NCBI GenBank assembly: GCA_002430735.1
Contig: DJCV01000012.1
Location: 1,390 to 65,389, forward strand
Direction of reading: 5' to 3'
DNA from: Candidatus Woesebacteria bacterium UBA5941
GTDB taxonomy: Bacteria; Patescibacteriota; Microgenomatia; UBA8517
DNA length: 64,000 nucleotides
A program made the translations under genes and the position numbers. The notes beneath the pieces were generated by a model that worked only from the letters and a program-made list of their open reading frames with translations, did not search any database and had not been told where the DNA came from. This document shows, piece by piece, positions 58,718-64,000 of this stretch; position 1 is the stretch's first letter, and every line of letters starts with the position of its first letter.

Positions 58718-60007
58718 ATGGCTAAACAGAAAATTGTTGCAGGAATTGATATAGGATCAAGTAAAATTACGACACTTATTTCTCAAGTGTCTATTGAACC
58801 ATTGACGTACGAAACTTCAGTGTCCATTGTTGGTGTCTCAAATACACCAAGCAGAGGCGTAAAAAAGGGACAAATCGTAAACATTGAGGAGGCTGTTGAG
58901 TCTATTATCGCTTCAGTTGAAGCAGCCGAACGTATGGCTGGATACAATTTAGATTCAGCTTTTATTTCAGTAGGTGGTGCGCATGTGGCATCTCAAAATT
59001 CAACAGGAGTTGTAGCTGTTTCCGATCCAAGTGGGGAAGTAAATGCAGCTGATGTTACTCGAGTCATTTCAGCCGCTCGTGCGATCTCTGTTCCTGCGGC
59101 ACGACAGGTAGTTCATGTGTTACCACGCGAATTTATGGTAGATGGTGAGCGGGGAGTTCGGGATCCCGTTGGAATGAGTGGGGTTAGATTAGAAGTTGAT
59201 ACTCATTTAATTACAGTTAGTACTGCTGCGCTTAAAAATGTATCAAAAGCAGTGAACGAGGTTGGGGTTAAGATTAATGACACGGTCTTTAGCGCATTAG
59301 CCTCAGCATATGCAACGCTCTCTGATACTGAAAAAGAATTAGGGTGTGTTTTAATTGATATTGGCGCAGGCACTACATCTATTGCTGCATATGTCGACGG
59401 TGCGCTCGCGTATTCAGGAGCTCTTCCTGTTGGTGCTCGAAACGTGACAAACGATTTGGCAATTGGACTCCGCGTTTCATTGGATACTGCAGAAAACATA
59501 AAGCTCATGCTTTCTGATCGAAATAATATTGAACGTCCGCGTATTGCAGGGAAAGATTCAAAGCATGAGCAGATTGAAATTTCAGAGACAGGATCCTCTG
59601 AAGTGAAGAAAGTGGCCAAGAGAACACTAACGGAAGGGATCATAAAACCACGCTTGAATGAAATATTTAGTATGGTTCGCGCAGAACTTGAACGGGCAGG
59701 GATTGTTCATAAAATTCCGTCCGGTGCCATTTTAACAGGCGGTGGTGCGTTGACTGTGGGAGCAGAAGATGCGGCACGAAAAGTACTTTCAGTTCCAGTT
59801 CGGGTTGCTTCTCCTGGCGGCGTTTCTGGTCTTATTGATGATATTTTGAGCCCACAGTATGCAACAGCTGTCGGATTAATCTTGTACGGAGTGCGCATGT
59901 CTCCAGAAAGTGCTCAGACCAATTCTTTCTCAGCTTCAAAGATGAAGTTGCCAAATACAAAAATATTTACTAGACTGGTAGAATCAATCCGAGATTTACT
60001 GCCGTAA
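58718..60007 (+). CDS. ftsA: cell division protein FtsA
   Basis: GIDIGSSKI, PVGMSGVRLE, DIGAGTT, LTGGGA. Confidence 0.96.
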   Translation: MAKQKIVAGIDIGSSKITTLISQVSIEPLTYETSVSIVGVSNTPSRGVKKGQIVNIEEAVESIIASVEAAERMAGYNLDSAFISVGGAHVASQNSTGVVAVSDPSGEVNAADVTRVISAARAISVPAARQVVHVLPREFMVDGERGVRDPVGMSGVRLEVDTHLITVSTAALKNVSKAVNEVGVKINDTVFSALASAYATLSDTEKELGCVLIDIGAGTTSIAAYVDGALAYSGALPVGARNVTNDLAIGLRVSLDTAENIKLMLSDRNNIERPRIAGKDSKHEQIEISETGSSEVKKVAKRTLTEGIIKPRLNEIFSMVRAELERAGIVHKIPSGAILTGGGALTVGAEDAARKVLSVPVRVASPGGVSGLIDDILSPQYATAVGLILYGVRMSPESAQTNSFSASKMKLPNTKIFTRLVESIRDLLP

Positions 60008-60046
60008 ATCTTTCTGCTACACTGCCCGTAGTGATACGTACACACT

Positions 60047-61237
60047 ATGGCGCTTGTTAAACCTGACGCAAGTCGAATTGCAAAAATCAAAGTTATTGGA
60101 GTTGGTGGTGGTGGTGGAAATGCCGTCGCTTCAATGGTTGAAGGAAACACTATTGCTGGTGTTGAATTTATCGTCGTCAATACTGACGCACAAGTACTTC
60201 TTGATAATACAGCTACTACAAAACTTCAAATTGGTGAAAAGCTAACTCGTGGACTCGGTGTCGGGGGAAATCCAGAAGTTGGATCTCAAGCAGCAGAAGA
60301 ATCCCAAGAAAAAATCAAAGAACTCCTTCAAGACTCAGATATGGTCTTTATCACTGCAGGTATGGGTGGTGGAACCGGAACCGGTGCGTCTCCAATTGTT
60401 GCGCGCTTAGCGAAAGAGGTAGGTGCATTGACTGTTGGTATTGTCACAAAGCCATTTGCATTTGAAGGTGCACGACGTGCTAACAATGCGGAAGATGGAA
60501 TCGATCGATTACGCGATGAAGTTGACACGTTGATTGTTATTCCAAATCAACGACTTATGGATGTGGTTGATCGAAAGATGACCTTAGTTGAAGCATTCAA
60601 GATTGTTGATGGCGTTTTGGGTCAAGCAGTGACAGGTATCGCTGAAATTATCACAACTCCTGGACTTGTGAACGTTGACTTTGCTGACGTAAAGACCATC
60701 ATGAAAGACGCTGGAACGGCTTTATTGGGTATTGGAGTTGGTGTTGGAGAAAACAGAGCTCAAATGGCTGCTCGAGCTGCTATCAGTTCACCACTTCTTG
60801 ACCTTTCAATCGATGGAGCTCGTGGAGTGCTCTTTAATGTAACCGGTGGATCTGACTTAACGATGTATGAACTTGATGAGGCTGCACGCATCATTAGTAG
60901 TGCAGCAGACCCAGATGCAAACGTTATTTTTGGATCTGTTATTAAGACCGATATGTCAGATCAGGTGAGAATTACCGTTGTTGCAACTGGATTTGATGAA
61001 ACACAAGCTCGATTGACTAAGTTTGGTCGCCCTGTTGAGCCACAACGAATGGAAGGCATGGTCGGGGATCCTCGCCCAACGGTGAGCGCAAGCGAACCAC
61101 AGGAAGAACGACAACAAGAAGAGCAACCACGCTCAGTTTTCAGTAACCAACAGCCAGTAAATCAAGCTCAGCCTGAAGAAAAGGATGAATTTGGGGATGA
61201 TTTTGAAATCCCAGCCTTCTTACGCAAGGTGCATTAA
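60047..61237 (+). CDS. ftsZ: cell division protein FtsZ
   Basis: [26 protein letters not shown]-terminal [11 protein letters not shown]. Confidence 0.98.
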   Translation: MALVKPDASRIAKIKVIGVGGGGGNAVASMVEGNTIAGVEFIVVNTDAQVLLDNTATTKLQIGEKLTRGLGVGGNPEVGSQAAEESQEKIKELLQDSDMVFITAGMGGGTGTGASPIVARLAKEVGALTVGIVTKPFAFEGARRANNAEDGIDRLRDEVDTLIVIPNQRLMDVVDRKMTLVEAFKIVDGVLGQAVTGIAEIITTPGLVNVDFADVKTIMKDAGTALLGIGVGVGENRAQMAARAAISSPLLDLSIDGARGVLFNVTGGSDLTMYELDEAARIISSAADPDANVIFGSVIKTDMSDQVRITVVATGFDETQARLTKFGRPVEPQRMEGMVGDPRPTVSASEPQEERQQEEQPRSVFSNQQPVNQAQPEEKDEFGDDFEIPAFLRKVH

Positions 61238-61249
61238 CACCTATAATAC

Positions 61250-61277
61250 TTGACAAACAGAGTAGTTCTGCTATACT
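61250..61277 (+). promoter_or_regulatory. sigma70-type promoter
   Basis: TTGACA-16 nt-TATACT with extended -10 TG. Confidence 0.75.
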
Positions 61278-61808
61278 GCTTTCAACTCGTTACACATTAA
61301 CGAGCTTGATGCGTCCCGCTCTGTGGGATGCCTGCTTGAAAGACAATTTGCGTTTTTACCTAGCGAGCACTGTGTTTAAGTACACACCACTTGCGGGACG
61401 CTATCATTTTGCTCATTACACAATCATTCGTTGTGGCAACCTAAAAGGATATACCTTTTTGTATCTTTCTAGTTTGCCATTCAACACGGTCATCCGTTAA
61501 TCTGGTCCCCCTCAGGGACCCCCACCAGATTATCCGGAACCCTGAAAACTCATCCTTTAGCGCTGAGGTGTAGGCTACCATGGATGGATGAGTGAGACTT
61601 GATACCGCGGCGATGGATCATACCAGTGCACAATGTGTACGTATGGGGTCCGTCTAGGTGCGGGCGGTATTCCCAGAGCACTGGTACTAGTCTCATGTTG
61701 ATGGCGGGCCCACGTTGGATGGGAGTAGCGTAAGCGACCCTGCTCCCAAACACGGGGTGTTCTTTTAAATAGGTCCAAGGAGGTGACTCATTGGACAATG
61801 AATATTAA

Positions 61809-61843
61809 AAGGGGTGAAGCGTTAAAAACTTCACCCCTTATTT
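61809..61843. terminator. internal terminator-like hairpin
   Basis: AAGGGGTGAAG-9 nt-CTTCACCCCTT with A/T-rich flanks on both sides. Confidence 0.55.
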
Positions 61844-62113
61844 ACCCTTTTGACCTTCGTAAACAGGGCACCTATCTGGTGCCCTCTTTAAGGAGGCCAA
61901 TCCGTTCAAAAGCACATCTAAATTGTTAGAAAAGAACTTTTGAAAGAGACAGGCATTGTGCCAACAGATTGTTGCCTCCTTTCCTTAAATAATTACTCGC
62001 ACATAGTTGCGAATAAAAGAGACAGTAAGACATTTGGGATGTCAGAGCGGTACCAATACCGCGCGCGCGTGTCTTACCGGTCGGTATGTGAATGGGAGAA
62101 ATCCCCCCTTTAC

Positions 62114-62142
62114 GAGGCGACAGACCCAGTCGCCTCTTTTTT
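62114..62142 (+). terminator. intrinsic terminator
   Basis: GAGGCGAC-AGACCCA-GTCGCCTC-TTTTTT. Confidence 0.85.
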
Positions 62143-62182
62143 ATGGCCAAAAAATAAGAAACAGTGTAAAATACGCTCACAG

Positions 62183-64000
62183 ATGTCTACTAAATCTTCA
62201 TTTAAGCCTGTTGACCTGCAAGTGAATTTTCCTGAAATGGAAAAAACGCTCTTGTCCCATTGGTATGACTCAGGAATTGTGAATAAATATCTTCATAAAA
62301 ACGACGAATCAGAGAAGTATTTCTCATTTCTCGATGGACCGATCACTGCAAATAACCCAATGGGTGTACACCATGCGTGGGGGAGGACGTATAAGGACTT
62401 ATGGCAAAAGTACCACAACATGAAAGGATACAAACAGAGATTTCAAAATGGATTCGACTGCCAAGGTCTCTGGGTTGAAGTAGAAGTTGAGAAAGAATTG
62501 GGTCTTCATAACAAAAAAGATATTGAAAACTTGGTTCCAAATGACAAAAAGGAAAGTATCGCTAAATTTATTACTCTCTGCAAAGAGCGAGTCTTAAAGT
62601 TTTCTGGTATTCAAACTGAACAAACGAAACGTCTTGGTAACTTCATGGATTGGGAAAATTCATACTTCACGATGTCCGCTGAAAACAATTACATGATTTG
62701 GCATTTCTTGAAAAAATGTCATGAACGTGGGCTTATTTACAAAGGCCATGACTCAGTTCCGTGGTGCCCACGCTGTGGTACTGCAATTTCTCAACATGAA
62801 ATGCTCACTGAAGATTACAAAGAGGCGGTTCACGAATCAGCATTCTTGGCGCTTCCTGTAACGAATGAAAACTATTCATTACTTGTGTGGACCACAACTC
62901 CATGGACAATTCCTGCAAACGTCGCTGTCGCGGTGCACCCTAATTGGACATATCAGGTGTGGGAAAACACAGAAACGAAAGCAAGAATTGTTTTACTCGA
63001 TAGTGGTGATTGGGAAGGGTCAGTGGATATTGCAAAACGTGTGTTTGGCTTCGTAAAAGGGGACTGGACCAAAGGAGAGACGATAAAAGGTTCAGAGTTA
63101 CTCGGAAAGAAGTACCGAGGTCCGTATGACCATGTAGACGCTGTAGCGAAAGCACAAAAGGAACATCCAGAGACATTTCATACTGTTATTGCGGCCAAAG
63201 ATTTAGTGACTCCTCATGAAGGAACAGGCTTAGTTCATATAGCTCCTGGTGCAGGAACAGAAGATTTTGCGTTAGGAAAAGAATTTAATCTGCCAGTTGT
63301 TGCACCAATTGATGAAGAAGCGAGCTATGTGGATGGATTTGGAGAGCTTTCAGGACAAAATGCAAAAAAACATCCTGAAATTATCCTCGATTACTTGAAA
63401 ACGACTGAATTTTTCGTTGCATCTCACCAATACAAACACCGCTATCCAGCATGTTGGCGATGTAAGACTGAGCTTGTGTGGCGCGTTGTTGACGAATGGT
63501 ACATCGGAATGGACATCGGAACCCCGTCGCTTCGAGAAGACATGATTGAGGTTGCAAAGAAAATCACTTGGATGCCAGAATTTGGACTGAAACGAGAGCT
63601 TGATTGGCTTGCAAATATGCACGATTGGCTCATTTCGAAAAAACGGTATTGGGGACTTGCCCTTCCAATTTGGGTATGTGGATCCTGCGATCACTTCGAA
63701 GTTATAAGCGGCAAAGAAGAGTTAAAAGAAAAAGCGATGAGTGGATGGGAAGAATTCGAAGGGAATACGCCTCATAGGCCATGGATCGATCAGGTAACTA
63801 TCAAATGTAGCAAGTGTGGAGGGGAAGCGCACCGTATTCCTGACGTTGGAAATCCGTGGCTTGATGCAGGGATTGTTCCCTACTCAACTATTATGAAAGA
63901 AAACACGGGAGATCCGTTATATCTCACTAATAGAGCAGAATGGGAAAAGTGGTTCCCGATTGATTTCATCACAGAAAGTTTCCCTGGACAGTTTAAAAAC
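62183..64000 (+). CDS. ileS: isoleucine--tRNA ligase, type 2 (3' end outside window)
   Basis: Not in ORF track. MSTKSSFKPV...FLDGPITANNPMGVHHAWGR...GFDCQGLWVE...WTTTPWTIPAN...GTGLVHIAPG...DWLISKKRYWG...ESFPGQFKN. Confidence 0.93.
   Translation, partial: MSTKSSFKPVDLQVNFPEMEKTLLSHWYDSGIVNKYLHKNDESEKYFSFLDGPITANNPMGVHHAWGRTYKDLWQKYHNMKGYKQRFQNGFDCQGLWVEVEVEKELGLHNKKDIENLVPNDKKESIAKFITLCKERVLKFSGIQTEQTKRLGNFMDWENSYFTMSAENNYMIWHFLKKCHERGLIYKGHDSVPWCPRCGTAISQHEMLTEDYKEAVHESAFLALPVTNENYSLLVWTTTPWTIPANVAVAVHPNWTYQVWENTETKARIVLLDSGDWEGSVDIAKRVFGFVKGDWTKGETIKGSELLGKKYRGPYDHVDAVAKAQKEHPETFHTVIAAKDLVTPHEGTGLVHIAPGAGTEDFALGKEFNLPVVAPIDEEASYVDGFGELSGQNAKKHPEIILDYLKTTEFFVASHQYKHRYPACWRCKTELVWRVVDEWYIGMDIGTPSLREDMIEVAKKITWMPEFGLKRELDWLANMHDWLISKKRYWGLALPIWVCGSCDHFEVISGKEELKEKAMSGWEEFEGNTPHRPWIDQVTIKCSKCGGEAHRIPDVGNPWLDAGIVPYSTIMKENTGDPLYLTNRAEWEKWFPIDFITESFPGQFKN

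Larger units (their letters stand above)
61284..62142 (+). ncRNA. candidate large structured non-coding RNA or tandem RNA elements (unassigned)
   Basis: About 15 stems tile the interval between a promoter and a terminator; no convincing CDS; no match by eye to RNase P, tmRNA, SRP or T-box. Confidence 0.6.

Noticed and set aside
61609-61660. Fluoride riboswitch (GGCGATGG)
   Set aside because: No matching 3' GATGAC.CCT pseudoknot element and no crcB-like gene
61720-61748. yybP-ykoY manganese riboswitch (GGGAGTAGCG)
   Set aside because: The downstream conserved elements are absent and the motif simply pairs with CTGCTCCC
62025-62142. T-box riboswitch upstream of ileS (AGAGCGGTACC...ACCGCG followed by a terminator)
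   Set aside because: Has CGGT rather than the invariant UGGN; no antiterminator pairing with the terminator 5' arm; ileS has its own -10 box downstream of the terminator
61284-62142. RNase P RNA, tmRNA, SRP RNA or group II intron
   Set aside because: No GAGGAAAGTCC, tRNA-like ends, SRP domain IV or domain V consensus seen on either strand by eye; a covariance search is still needed
61306-62225. Short ORFs in the ftsZ-ileS gap (61306..61500, 61550..61798, 61575..61778, 61926..62180, 62007..62225)
   Set aside because: No SD or leaderless -10 box, no recognisable motifs; they cross strong hairpins and terminators

Overview
Bacterial chromosome segment, most consistent with a Candidate Phyla Radiation/Patescibacteria (Microgenomates-like) genome. 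This taxonomy is inferred from the short RecO, DUF4012 protein, alpha2-type GlyRS, EDPR-type MurE and type-2 IleRS. Bases 1-36.3 kb are a tightly coupled surface-glycosylation island: 8 GT2, 7 GT4, 7 GT-C-like membrane proteins, an O-antigen ligase/polymerase-like protein, 6 SAM methyltransferases, an acetyltransferase, ManC and an unannotated 54-aa two-TM microprotein. Bases 36-42.6 kb hold DUF4012, recO, DUF2130, glyS and hypothetical genes. Bases 43-61.2 kb are a rearranged dcw cluster (mraZ, rsmH, ftsL-like, ftsI, ddl, murF, murE, murD, mraY, ftsW, murG, ftsQ-like, ftsA, ftsZ). A partial ileS with a GVHH signature ends the window. The strongest novelty candidates are non-coding. One is a ~860-nt, promoter-to-terminator, hairpin-dense element between ftsZ and ileS with mutually exclusive folds. 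The other is a ~260-nt structured leader in front of an orphan gene. Host genes look largely leaderless or translationally coupled, while three antisense orphan cassettes carry their own promoter, Shine-Dalgarno and terminator. All RNA structures were read by eye, not computed, and no database searches were run.
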